From contig NC_068985.1 of the NCBI RefSeq assembly GCF_001194135.2, positions 16,352,275-16,416,274 on the forward strand: a stretch of DNA of 64,000 bases. The letters are read 5' to 3'. The stretch comes from Octopus bimaculoides (Eukaryota). Below, piece after piece: positions 51,030-64,000 of the stretch; the stretch's first letter is position 1, and each line of letters opens with the position of its first letter. The notes below the pieces were generated by a model that saw only the letters and a program-made list of their open reading frames with translations, had not been told where the DNA came from and searched no databases. The position numbers were made by a program, and so were the translations under genes.

Positions 51030-51399
51030 TATACGATCGATCTAGATAGGCTACAGAGGCAGGAACCAATTACTGGTAACTGAACGCATCTTCCACGGCG
51101 CACCAGGCTTACAGAGATCGAGTTAGAGAATTTGTTAAGTCGGAATTAATGGAGTCAATTGTCAACAATCGAAGATGATTAGCCCTTGAAATAGGCTATT
51201 AGATTAGAGCTGATAAGGTTTTATGAAGAAGTAGCGATAGAGAATTCTGAAGTAGAGGGAAAGCTAACTAGGAACCTAGAAGAGATACTTATGAAAGGCG
51301 TTGCGACTGACATGCTGGTGCTAAGATTGGTCTTTCACTAATTCTTCAACATTAAGCATGAAAGTTGTGTTGTCAGAAATAGGGCACGTGCTCTAAGAT

Positions 51400-52950
51400 A
51401 AGGAAACGAAAGCTGTCCTATGGGCTCGGGTGACAGAGGTGCAACGTAGCATCATAATAATTTATTTTTTGACTGGGGTCGGGAGAGGCGCATACTACTC
51501 GATTCCAAAAAGATATGAAAACAGTGACACTTTGCTCAACTGTTTGAGGCGGACGGCAACCGAGAGATAGGGTTGGACTTGACCGCCTGCCTCGATGGCC
51601 AACTGCGGCTCTCGACTGTGGTTGCAGAATTCTGCAATAGGCCGATAACAGTTGATGAAATCCAGGAAACGATAACTGACTGCATGAGAGAGGAGTCGCT
51701 GGTGTAGGATGGTCTGTCTTATGGGTTTTATCTTCATATGCCTGACTTGTTGGGAGCTTCTTGGCAGATGTCAACTACAACTGACAATAGAACGGGAGGT
51801 TTTCCAGTCCTACGAAATGAGATATGGTGGTACAGCTTTGAAAGAACTAGAACAAGGGGGATAACTTTGACAACTTCAATCCCGTAAATCTGCTAAATGC
51901 AGAATTGAAGATTTTAACTAAGGCGTTAGCGAAGAGACTGGCGGTTGTCTGAAGGAGTGAGGCACAGACATGCGCCATAGCAAGCAGATTTATCCATGAC
52001 AAACTCCACCTCATATGATGTATCATAGAAAAGATGGGTAAATAACCTGGCATAGGTGAGGCTCTGATCAATTTCGATCTGACGAAAGCTTTCGATAGGG
52101 TTGACCGTCAATCAGAGGTTGGATTACAATAATGTACAGCAACATCAGCTCGGTAGGCAGAGTGAAAGGCCGTCTATCCAGACTGTTCAGTATCACGCAT
52201 TTGGTTCGACAAGGCTGCTTCCTTTCACTCTTATCTGTACGAGCTGGCACTCAGTTACTATTGCAGAATTTAGAGGTTTTGAGAGGGCATTTGTGCGAAC
52301 TAGGATGTGGGGAGAGCTGTGCCAGCGGATGCGGACGACATCATCTAAAAGTATCAGACACTCAACTCATTGACACGATCAGTATTACTCACTGAGGATG
52401 TACTAAGTGTGAAAGGAGCGAAAATTAACCAGGAAATGCTGGAGGGTCCACCGCTCAGTACCTTGGGTGGTAGATCCGTGCCATCCGACAGCGTCATAGG
52501 GCACTGGACAGATAAAGCGGTTAAATTGCTCAGAGTTTGGTTTTGTTTAGTCCAGACCTCTAGGTGGACAAGAACTGATAAGCGGAGGCGAGCAGGATGG
52601 CTAGTCTCACCCAGAAATGGACTGAGAGGAAATTATCCTAAAAGGGGATGGCAGGAGGTTGCAAGTCACGCCCAGAAATGTTTCCGAATGGTCCGGCAGA
52701 GGCAGTGAAAGCCTACATCGCATCTGTCATCTACTACCACTTGACTTTCGCACCTTACTCTGGCTTCATGGTTAACCATACTGGGGCACTTGTGCTTCTA
52801 CTTTCTGTAGAGGGGGATGGACAGACAGTACATTTGCTGTCAGCATCTGCTGTGTAGAAGATTGTATAGGCTTTGGCTAATGATGTGCTGATATGCACTG
52901 AGGCTACTGTATTTTAGGTGCATTCTAGAGTGAGAGCAAGTGTGGTCACT
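51400..52950 (+). mobile_element. Old Tx1/L1-clade LINE RT relic
   Basis: NFNPVNLLNAELKILTKALAKRL, LINFDLTKAFDRVD and VRQGC motifs, heavily disrupted. Confidence 0.8.
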
Positions 52951-53149
52951 GTTTGTCAGACATGCAGTTCATCTCTAGAACAGTTCTGGATCAAGTGTAA
53001 AGAGAGACAGGGCACAGAGGAAATTAAGAGTAGCTGAATGACTTCTGCAGATAGTTCAAGTTATATACTAGGCTGCAGAAAGCAAAATGAGAGTTAGTAA
53101 TGACTTCAGAGATTAATTTAGCAGGAAGGTAAGAATTCATCAAAATAGT

Positions 53150-53480
53150 TTAAGACTGGCTATCCATGGGGACTCCTATATGCTGATGAACTAGTTCTCA
53201 TAGCTGAATCCTTAGGCAAATTAAAGAAGAAATTCCAGGCATGGAAGCTAAACTTGGAATTAAGAGGCCTTAAGGTAAACTTAGCAAAGATGAAAGTTTT
53301 AGTAAGAAAGAGAGGACCCTGGTACCTTCCGGGAAACGGCTTTGCTTGACGTGCAGTAAAGAAGTAGAATAATCTCCATGTGCTGTACTTAATGTAAGCT
53401 ATGGACACACAGTTGACACACAGACAGACTATTCAAGTAGATGCACTGGAATAGTTTGTACACCAGAAATTCAAACTCTT
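53150..53480 (+). mobile_element. RTE-type LINE RT fragment
   Basis: PWGLLYADELVLIAES...GLKVNLAKMKVL followed by a decayed Cys-rich segment (CLTC...CKLWTH). Confidence 0.8.
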
Positions 53481-53746
53481 AGATGTTCAGATGGTTCACT
53501 AGAAGTAAATAATTTCAACAGGAATATAGTAACAAAAGGATTAAAGAAACATGAAAAGATACGTTTCAAGCATTCTAAAAACACACATTGATCAGGAGTT
53601 TGTAAGCTTCTTTGAGAGATACAAAACTATTGGTAATTTACTATACAGCCCCATATATGGCTTACTAATAATACCAGAGTAAGGGCTGTAAATTTATTTT
53701 CTGATTGTAAATTAGGATCAGAAAAAAAAAAAGAAAAAGGTAAATA

Positions 53747-53920
53747 CAGTAATCCCTCACCATATTGTGGTTCATTATTTAAGCTTATGTTGATTCCTCT
53801 GTGGTATTGTCTGGCATTTATAATAAAATAAATATATACAAATCATAGAAATTTTTTAAAAGATATTCAGTATAGTACAGTTTCTACTTAGCGGATTTTC
53901 ACCTAGTCGAGGGATTACTG
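53747..53920. mobile_element. Tigger/pogo-type MITE
   Basis: TA|cagtaatccctc ... gagggattactg|TA. Confidence 0.8.
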
Positions 53921-53953
53921 TACAAAGCAAATCAGAGCATGAAAACTGTTTAA

Positions 53954-54151
53954 CCCTTTAGCTTTTAAGCCAGCCATATCTGGTCCAAAGCTATTTTATG
54001 CTCAGATCAGCCAGATCTGGCCGCTCGTTTTTATCCTATAGCTTTATTCTAAAAATATACAATCATATCATCAAAATTTTGAAGCTATGAGATAATGTAT
54101 GATTAATAAAAAACAATGTGAAATTGGCAGAATAATCTGAATGCTAAAGGG
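53954..54151. mobile_element. piggyBac-type MITE
   Basis: TTAA|ccctttagc ... gctaaaggg|TTAA. Confidence 0.8.
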
Positions 54152-56171
54152 TTAAAACAATTTAGAAGAAACAATAATTCAAAGACATAATTTATTTATC
54201 GTAGAATTTATTGAAGGAAAAAATGTTAAATACAAAACAAGATAAAATAAAAGATGTTTCTATAATACATTGATATGTCTTGATACATGGTGGCTCAAAG
54301 TGTGAAGCCAGGAGCTTACATGATTTCATAGAAGGCACTTGAAATATATTTCATATTGATTATAAAATGAGAAGAGAATATACAATACAAATTTTACATT
54401 CGGCTAATTATTTAAAAATTATATTTTCATATTTATTTACAGTTGTTATTTTAACTTAAGATAACAAACATGATAATTAAACCTAAATTGTTGCCAGCTA
54501 CAACAATAACTTAAATCAGAACCATATCAGAAGTGTTTAATGAACGTCGAAGGTCAAATTTCCTCATACAAGAATATCATTATTTATTCATTACAAAATA
54601 AGAGATAGAAGAGAATCAACAAGTAACAATATTAATCCACATACTGTTGTTACAGCTAATCCTAGTTAATCATATGTTTAAAAAATAAAATCTGTGGAAT
54701 GTTGCTGAATATGTTAATAATATTTTATAAGAGCAATTATAAAATTGAATTTTGAAGTTCCTTTTGATGATTCAAACAAATTTATGTGTGTGTGTGTGTG
54801 TGTAAAGAAGAGATACAATACATATAATGCAAAACAATAAAAACAATTTTTCTACTTCAATGTATATAAATGATGCAAGCCCATATATATAAATTTTGAA
54901 AATATTTTCAAAACTAAAGAAAGAAATGTGTCGTTAAAAAACAGACAAACCAAAATATTGAAATGCCTACAAAACATCAGAGCATAATAAACGAAAGCGT
55001 ATGTATTGACATTTTAAAGAATACAAATACTTTGTTTAACTTTACATGTATTAATGAAATAACCAAGATTGTTTTGCATTCTATGATGCCAAACAGTTTT
55101 GTATCATTAATGAAAAATAAAATTCACATAACAGCCAAATTCTATTACTAATGGTGAAAAATTGATCACAGAATTTTAGTTGGAAATTATCTAAAGTTTA
55201 CCAAAAAAAGCTTCAAAGAAACAGGAAGAATATAATCAAAGAAACTTTCATTAGACTATAAAGAAGAAATTTTAAGGATATATTAATGTCATAGTTGCTT
55301 TTATTCTGATATTCATTTCAGAATGGATCCCAATTCACTGAATAATACAGCATTCATTCAGTAACTGTTTCTAGTGTGACAAGACACCGAGTCAGTACAG
55401 TTACTAAAATACACAAAAGCATAAAAAATAGGGCAATATGAATATCATAGCACAACCTCTTGAAAGACAAATTAGTTGTCATTAATGTATATAACAATCA
55501 AATTTAACAAATACAGGGTAAAGATATTTAACAATTTTTCATCTAAACTCCAGTAGCAGTTTGATAACAGTCAGCACACACACACAGAATAATTATCTGG
55601 TATAGGAAATAGAAAAGAGAAATATGGTAAAACCTTTACAATACATTTCAATGTCATGAAATAGTTTTAATAAACTGCAACTAGTTGAATAGAAACTCTG
55701 GTTATGATATGAAGTAGATACGTGTGTGCTTGTTATATATATAAATACATATATATATATATAATTACATTTATATTATTAATTAATAAATGAATGACAA
55801 AAGAACTGGAGATATGCAATCAAATAGCTCTGAGGAAATTATGTTACACTGGCACTCAACTTGAGGTGCAGAGTTCCTTATAGTAGGAAAAAAACCTGTA
55901 AGCTAATGAAAACAGTCATGTTATTTTGTCATTCATTTATAACTTGATATTATGCTTTGTACTAACTTGCAGGTTTATATAAGTGTCTGGAAAGGAGAAT
56001 CTCTAATAATCCACACCTTCTCACTGCCAAACCTTACAAACACTGTGAAGTATATTGAGTTCTAACAACTTGTTATTGGTACTTCTGTGACTAAGCAAAA
56101 TCAAATAAATATATATATATATACATACACACATATATATGTACACATACATGCACAGATATATATATATA

Positions 56172-56207
<36 letters not shown>

Positions 56208-56380
56208 ATGATAATAATAATACCAGGATGAAATTTACAAATATTTAATACATCGCTACATACATTTCCACAGATCAGATGATTTTGACATCTTGTCAGT
56301 ATCATTAAACAGTAGCTGGCATAATGAAATAGGAACTTTATTTGCATATCCCTAACGTTACCTAAATGAATTTCAAAAAT

Positions 56381-56430
<50 letters not shown>

Positions 56431-56644
56431 TAATTTAGGTTAGTTGAAATATGTGACAAACATTTCAACTAACCTAAATTGTGATTATACGTAAACACTG
56501 CTTAGCGCCATTACTCCAATATATATATATATTGAAATCCGTGTTGCTTATTATTTGATTTTAATCACCCATCCTTTTGGGATGTGAAATTCGGGTGCCT
56601 TCGCATAAGTACCATATTCAAGCCTTGAATCTATATCTAAACCG

Positions 56645-56677
<33 letters not shown>

Positions 56678-56799
56678 TTATATAAACTTAATTTTTTTTC
56701 TTGAGATTGAAGTTTATGTCACTGCAATCTTTCAGAAGGATCGCAGTGACATGAAACTAGAATCCCAAGAAAAGAATTAAGTTTACAAACCCTAATATT

Positions 56800-57450
56800 T
56801 GAATGTGCCTGCTTGTATGTATGTGCATATACTTGACCAAGAAGCATCAACTTTTAATAAAATACATATGTATATAAGATATATAAGTTGATATTGAAAT
56901 AGATAAAAAGTCGATATTGAAATAGATAAAAAGTCTGGAATCATTCCGTATAAAATATTTACAATGAAAATATCAAATACTACATTTTGGCTCAAAGCCA
57001 CAAATTTATAAGGGAGGGAAGTTAATTATATTGATTTAGCTCGTGCCTGATTTAGCTCAGGCAGGATTTGAATTCAGAACAAATAAGCATAGAAAACAGA
57101 ACTAAATAATATAATATAGTGTACTCTGTCTAAAAGATTAAATAAGCCCTTTCTATGTAGACAAAAATAGCCGTAACATAATTGAGAGAGTTTATTTCTC
57201 CAATATTCGTTTTCCGTTTAAAGATAAATAATCGGGTAATATTTTTCAACTGAGTTGCGTCCCTTGTTAGATGTTAACGCAGAAGGTAATCTTCATAACC
57301 AGTCAAATTGAATATAAACATTGCCTGTTGATATTGACAATGCTTCCGCCGTCTCTAATATTTAAGATGTTGATAGTCTTTTATCCGATATAATTCATTG
57401 GTCTGAAGCACAAACGAAAGCATAACATCAAGTGAAGTTTATCGTGGAAT
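56800..57450 (-). mobile_element. Possible highly decayed Penelope-like RT relic
   Basis: Weak similarity: TRLFIFKRKTNIGEIN (cf. CRLINPxKSEIGKIS) and VFDIFIVNILY (cf. FDIVxFYPSI). Confidence 0.3.
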
Positions 57451-57884
57451 GTTTTTCTGTAGCTTTCTTCAGCTACCATGCGACACTTTCAAACACTTGC
57501 CGAGTTTACAGGGCTTCTACTGATTACAGTCGTATGTGGTAGCAATTGATAACCAGGTATAATAACCTTGAAATTGCATATAAACAATTGACTTTGAAAC
57601 AAACTCAATTCGCATTTTCACAGCACAATTCAGAACAACTTCATCCTTCGTCTCTGAGTTTCCATTTGTTTATTGTTGTATGTAAAACTTAATAATTTAA
57701 TGCTTTAACTCATAAGTAAAACTCTAGTCCTAAATCTGTTATACTAGATGATAGCCTATGGTCAGCTCTAACTAAGCAGACCTATGATCGAAGATGTTCT
57801 AGCCAAAGCCATCCTATTGAAGTTATTTATTTATTTATTTAGGCTGTCAGATGGAAGGATGGATAAGAAAGGTAGGTAAGTAAG

Positions 57885-57945
<61 letters not shown>
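57885..57945. repeat. (GATA)n microsatellite
   Basis: Direct read. Confidence 0.95.
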
Positions 57946-59867
57946 GACAACATCATCCATTATGTCCTTTCCTTTTTTGTTTTGTCATTTTTAAGATGGT
58001 GGTTTGCAATTGGAGATAATTTGGCTGTTATTTCTAGTAGGTCAAAATACCATTAAGAGGCCCACACATTGACTCAAATTCAAAATCTAATAACTTGATG
58101 GCAGAACAGAAAAGTAATAAAAATTTTTTTTTAAAAGCTGTGTTTGTTTAAAGTTTGAACAAGTAGAGTTGATGTATAGATGGAAAACTGCCAAAAATAT
58201 GTAAAATAAGAAAATGGAAACAAAAACTGGCAATTAACTAGAAATTATCAATAACTGTACAGAAATTAATTGTGGGGTCATCAGTTAAAGATAATGAGAT
58301 CCCTAAAATATACAAGAGATTCAGCATTGCAATTAACTTTCAGTGTTAAACCAAAATGATGAAACACTGTAGTTTCAAAATATATTTCTAATTTTTATCT
58401 TATATACAATATAAATCCATCCAAGTTTTCAAAAATTATCTCACTCAAGCTAGCACAGTTGAGTTTTTCCTTAATTTACAAACGGCTATATGTAAAAAAA
58501 TGTTTTTTAATAATAAGTAATGATGCACTGAAAATAATATTTTCACATTAAAGAGATATAGTGTTAAGTGTTGGCAAGTATCAGTCAAAAATGAATATAT
58601 AAAAAGCATTGTAGAGCACTAACTGAGTAGAAGGGAAAAAAATCAAGCAGTACTTTTCATTAGAAAGAAAATATGAAAGACTTTATAAATCAGACTATAT
58701 TTATATTCAATATCTGTATATTATTGACTGAATGGCTAGAATAGTGTTTTAGTTGTAACACAGCTGTTCAACATTATTTATATCAAAGATATTTACATGG
58801 TACTTTTGCTCAAAGTTTGTACAAGATTTTCATGGGAAGCAGGTTACATACTAGTTTAGATGGATATTAAATAAAGAAAATGAAATAAGTGTATCACTGG
58901 ATAGCTTTCGATTGGTAAGAAGGGATGTGCAAGAATAACAGCTGGCTGAACCCAGTGGAGGAAGATTACTGCCCAATGTGCTGAGCAGTGCAGAAGAATC
59001 TAATGCTAAGAGCTAAGGTAACTCTTTATAAAGTGAAAAGGGACATATCTTCTTTAAACTAGAAACATTGTGGCAAGTGCAATAATAAACTGTCTTGATA
59101 TATGAAAAAAAAACAATGGCAAGAAGTTAAGTATTTTATTCATTGTTAGGAATCTTAGCCATATCTCTATCAATAGTGTAAGAGAGAGAAAGATAATGAG
59201 CAATGAAAATTTTTAATCAAAAGATGTTAACAATTATAAAAAAACTAGCCATATAAAATATTATCACAACCTCTACAAATCTTTGTGAAAGAGAAGAATC
59301 AAAGAAAACTAGTGATAGTCTACACCAGAAACTATCAAGTATAAAATGTTACAGAGTGAAGCAAACTATTTTGCCATATTGAGCAGAAGGGTTATGCCTA
59401 AAACAAATGAGTTCTCCTCTACCTCATGGCAAATTCTCTGGTGAAGGATTCTGCTCAAAACACTAGACATATTCCACAGCAAAATAATTTATTCAAGTTT
59501 GAAATTTATTGTAAAGTCATGGAAACTATGAAATGAGTTTAGAACCTATAGTAAGCCATACAGACTACGACAAGAGCTGTGTGCTCTACAATAGAAGAAA
59601 GCATAAAGATTTTAATTCATAACCATATTGCCACTGGTCAGTCACCTTAACTCACAACCATACCTAGAGGAGATGTTTTAATGAAGAATCAGTTGCATAT
59701 GGATATCTAAGAGTACATAAAAAAGACTTTTGTTTTTCGTTTTGACATTTGGCAGCAATAATAAGAATGGGCCATGACAACCTAAATAACGTCACAGAAG
59801 TTTGTCAGTTTACTATTTGAGAGAGTTAATTTGTAAAGCAATACAATTAATCCTTAATGCACACTCA

Positions 59868-59926
<59 letters not shown>

Positions 59927-59989
59927 AGAGAGAGAGATGGAATTTTAGGCTTTGAAAGCAGCATATTAAATTTTGATATTGGTTTCAAA

Positions 59990-60192
59990 TTTTTGCACAA
60001 GGCCAGTGATTTCTAGGGGTGGGGTAAGTCGATTACATCAACCCCAGTGCTCAACTGGTACTTATTTTATCAACCCCAAAAAGATGAAAGGCTAAGTCAA
60101 CCTTGGCGGAATTTGAACTCAGAATGTAAAAAACAGACAAAATACTGCAAAGCAGTTTGCTCGACAATAACGATTCTCCCGGCTTGCCGCCT
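59990..60192 (-). mobile_element. SINE family A downstream of the Ly6-like stop codon
   Basis: aagtcgattacatcaaccccagtgctcaactggtactt...ggcggaatttgaactcagaa. Confidence 0.85.
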
Positions 60193-60549
60193 TATATTAA
60201 ACTATAATAGTAAAATCTAGCAAAATGAAAATGCTATGAATAAAGCATACTGTATCTGAATAGTTACAAAATAGTATATGTTTTATGCTACAATATATTT
60301 ACACAACAATCTAACATATAATATTTAATACATGTGAAAAAAATAAAATTATAAACTTTATAAAATTAAAAATAAAATGTAAGTATGGATAAGGAATTAT
60401 GAAAATATAATCCCATCATGGGAATTGTATAAAAAAATCTTCATGTAATATATGAAAATACAATCAATTTCTGGTGACTTTATGGATATGTTTTGGAAGG
60501 ATATGTTAGCACCCTACTGAAGAAGGATACAGCTTCATTCAGTAGATAC

Positions 60550-60707
60550 CTAAATGTTAAAAATCACAAACATCAGTGCTAATACTAATAACACATAATT
60601 GATTACTGCACTAGATGGAGCAGTATTACAGCCATCTTGGTCACAATAACACGTCTCTGTGAACACACCAGCTTCATCCCAAACCCACTGGCAACCCCAA
60701 GCAACAC
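60550..60707 (-). CDS. Terminal coding exon of a GPI-anchored Ly6/uPAR (quiver-like three-finger) protein
   Basis: Acceptor tctcttatttcatttag|GT. Reads (G)VAWGCQWVWDEAGVFTETCYCDQDGCNTAPSSAVINYVLLVLALMFVIFNI*, with an LU-domain-closing CYCxxDGCN and a hydrophobic GPI signal. Confidence 0.88.
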
Positions 60708-62169
60708 CTAAATGAAATAAGAGAAAAATGCTTTTAAATCAATTCTTGAATTTACAAATTTTTAAAAACGAAAATTGCAAAATACATTTATTGATGGTAT
60801 TTACAAAAACATTTACAAAAAAAATTAATAATTCTGATACAGTGAGAATGAAAACTGTATCTCTAGCATAAAAGTGTACTTCCATTTTCAATGTATTTAC
60901 AAACTTAATTATAAGATAATTAACAATCAATCTAAAAATGCCCAGTCTACTTTTATAAATGTGTTTATTAAATATATCCTTAAATACCATATTAAATTTT
61001 TATACTTTATTTGGAGAGAGAAGTGGGGACAGCTACAGAGAAATCTAACTCAAAATGATGTTTTCAAAGTTTCTCTCAACCATTATACACTATGTAAATA
61101 CTCTGAATAAAAGTCAGACGGGTCCTAAGTCCATAGGTTTGTTCAGTCAGGGTGGGCTTGGGGCCTGAACAACATTTTCAGACAGTTAATCTGGTTGTCT
61201 TTGTTTTGATTTCTTTCTTCCATTACAGATCATCTTGAAATCATTAATCTTGGTTTTCCTTTATTTGATAAACAACTTTAGCAATTGATACTAATCAGAT
61301 ATTAATTACACTGGTCAACAAAATGAAACTTTTTTTTAATCATCAGAGTTGCTGAATGACTTTTCTGGGTTAATTTTTGATGCTGATTACGAATCTGAAG
61401 TCCGATTTCCTCTATCGGGTCACATTTTCATGTTAATGATACCTGCTATTTTAACTTATAATTATAAGAGTAATGGATATGGAAGATATTTAGTTTGGTT
61501 TTTCATTTCCATGTTGATTTGAAGATTTTATTTTAATGAACACGGGAGTAACATATCAAATTAACTTCAATCATATCAAGATTAGTAGAATTGCTAGCAC
61601 AGTGGACAAATAAAGCAAACTGAAGAAAGAATTTTTTTACAAAGCTCAACAGAGAAATGATGTGCCTGAGAAGAAAAGTAGGCGACACATTTAAAGGTTT
61701 TGATAGACTAAATTGATCTTAGGATGGCATTGCAATGATATTTTATTTACACATTTGTTTTGACTTTAAAACAAGGTTAACAGTATTAGTCAAGTAGTGG
61801 TATTGATTTAGTGACTGTATTCACCCAATGATTTATGACCTTTAGCCAATCATAGCAATGTACTAATATCAACTAGCCAGGAATGAATTGCAAGAAGTAC
61901 CTATATATAATCACTCCCTGATAACTGATGAATATATCAAAAACAGTTTCAAAGTCTGCTATATACTTGAATATAGAAAAAACAGTGATTCAAGATGGAC
62001 AGTACATTTTATTTAAAAACTCTCAAATTGCTTCTAATTACTAGCCAGTAAATTTTTCCTACTGCTGACTGAAAAGGAAGTTTAAAGCGTATGTGTAACT
62101 ACAGTAAACTATCAGCCCATTCAAAGAGTCAATACCATTTCTGAATAATCACTATATTGGTTGCTTATA

Positions 62170-63110
62170 GATATTAGATGAACTGCTCAATCTTTAGAAA
62201 AGGTGTAGGTAGAAACTCCATAAGATGTACCCAGTGTAAGCTATGGGCACATAAGAGGTACAGTAACATCAAAGAAAGATTAACTGGGACGATAGTTTTC
62301 ATGTGCAGCAGATGCACAGGGGCAATAAACACTACAGATGCTCAGAAAACAGATTCCAACACATGCCAAGGGAAGAAACTAGAAGTAGTTGATAGCTTCT
62401 GCTACCTAGGTGACCAAGTCTGTAGTGGGGGTGGATGCTCAGAGAGTGTTACCACTAGAATAAGAATAGTCTGGGCAAAGATCAGAAAGCTCCTACCTCT
62501 ACTGGTGACAAAGGGCCTCTTTCTCAGAGTGAAAGATAGATTGTACAATGCATGTGTGTGAACTGCCATGCTTCATGGCAATGAAACATGGGCCATGACT
62601 GCTGAAGACATGCGTAGGCTCGAAAAAAAATGAAGCTAGCATGACCTGCTGGATGTGTAATGTCAGTGTACACACATGACAGATTGTAAGCGCCCTGAGA
62701 GAAATGTTGAACATAAGAAGCATCAGATGTGGTGTACAAGAGAGACGTTTGCATTGGTATGGCCATGTACTACGGATAGATGAGGAGATCTGTGTGAAGA
62801 AGTGCCACTCTCAAACAGTGGAAGAAATCCAGGGTAGAGGGAGACCCAGGAAGACATGGGATGAGATGGTGAAGCATGACCTTCGAACGTTGGGCCTCAC
62901 AGAGGCAATGACAAAAGACCAAGACCTCTGGAGATATGCTGTGATTAAGAAGACCCGACAAATAAAGTGAGTTCACAGCTGTAACCTACACCAGTGTTGC
63001 AAACCAGCCCACTCAAAAGTACCTTGGATCGTAGGGTGACATGCCATGCTTGAGGAGAACTATTGAGTCAAGTACATCAAAACCAAATGGAAATTGCAGT
63101 TGTGATCCCC
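62170..63110 (+). mobile_element. RTE-type LINE 3' part in the Ly6-like intron (antisense to the gene)
   Basis: CSIFRKGVGRNSIRCTQCKLWAH...CSRC, LEVVDSFCYLGD, LHGNETW, RRLHWYGHVLR...RGRPRKTW, then 3' UTR. Confidence 0.9.
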
Positions 63111-63114
63111 ATGC

Positions 63115-63270
63115 CAGTGGTCCCAGTTCATAACTGGTACTTATTTAATTGACCCCGAAAGGATGAAAAGCAAAGTCGACTTCGGCAGAATTTGAACACA
63201 GAACGTAGCAGTACACAAAATACTACTAAACATTTTGTTTTGCATGCTAACGACTCTGCCAGCTCACTGC
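63115..63270 (-). mobile_element. SINE family A
   Basis: aactggtacttatttaattgaccccgaaaggatgaaaagcaaagtcgacttcggcagaatttgaac. Confidence 0.85.
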
Positions 63271-63487
63271 TTTGCATGCATGCAATAATATTGATCAAAT
63301 GTAAAAAACTCCTTGCAGTTCATTCAAGCTTTAAATATTGTTGTTTTCTTCCCATAAGAGCACTGTGTTTGAAGGTTCAAGATTCATTAATCTACATTCT
63401 AGACTTTTTGAATGAAATACAAAATTCACCCCTTTTAATTCAGAGATAATACAGATTGATAAAATGGTAATGTAGGAAATAACTTAC

Positions 63488-63538
63488 CAGAAGATGTTCT
63501 GCTGGCACACCTGCGGGTTATCTTGATCCAACCATTCC
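63488..63538 (-). CDS. 51-nt penultimate coding exon of the Ly6/uPAR-like gene
   Basis: Acceptor ctctttctctctcaag|, donor |gtaagt, phase 1-1. Encodes NGWIKITRRCASRTSS(G) and splices in frame onto the exon at 60550-60707. Confidence 0.85.
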
Positions 63539-63659
63539 CTTGAGAGAGAAAGAGGTTCTTAGATTAAAATGTGTCAGATGAGAAATATTTTAAAATTACC
63601 GTCTTAATACTGAAAAGAATCTTTATTGCATGAAGACAGAGCATAAAATAGAAAAGGAC

Positions 63660-63900
63660 ATGGTTTAATGCTTAGGGTGTTCAGCCTGCAATCACAGGTC
63701 ATGAGTTTGATTCCTGACAGCATGTTGTGTCCTTGAGCAAGACACTTTATCACTTATTGCTACAGTCAACTCAGCTGGTAAAAATGAGTTGTACCTGTAC
63801 TTCAAAGGACCATCCTTGTCCTGCTGAATCTCCCTGAGAGCTATGTTAAGGATATATGTGTCTGTGAGGTGGTCAGCCACTTTCATGTTCATTTCATGAG
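63660..63900 (+). mobile_element. SINE family C-like copy
   Basis: tRNA-like head, then gttgtgtccttgagcaagacacttt...actcagctgg central domain. Confidence 0.75.
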
Positions 63901-64000
63901 CAGGCTATTTTAGTTGATCATAATTGATGGAGAGTCAGGCCAGTGCATCTACAACTGATAACATTAAGTAATTTAAACAGTATGTCTTGCAAACAACTCG

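Noticed and set aside
63488-63538. Alternative frame EWLDQDNPQVCQQNIF for the 51-nt exon
   Set aside because: Its phase does not join the downstream exon's Ly6 frame; the other frame does.

Overview
AT-rich, repeat-dense eukaryotic scaffold with nine N-gaps. The SINE families, microsatellite load and gene content suggest an octopus/cephalopod genome (inference, not proven). No prokaryotic features, rRNA or CRISPR are present. Host genes: (i) a same-strand tandem cluster of three single-exon, short class A (rhodopsin-type) GPCRs of the FMRFamide-receptor/srw-like type. Two are intact (34106-34972, 39712-40590) and one is a deletion/frameshift pseudogene (22300-23144); these are candidate chemoreceptors. 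(ii) The last two coding exons of a GPI-anchored Ly6/uPAR (quiver-like three-finger) gene (63488-63538 and 60550-60707), which the ORF track misses. The rest is transposon debris: Tx1/L1 LINEs, RTE LINEs, R4/Dong elements in (TAA)n, a Helitron with an intact 3' end, two mariners, a pogo/Tc2 element, hAT and Gypsy relics, several tRNA-derived SINE families, MITEs and foldbacks. One Penelope-like terminal repeat carries a minimal type I hammerhead ribozyme motif (37354-37396). TE boundaries are approximate unless TIR/TSD positions are given.
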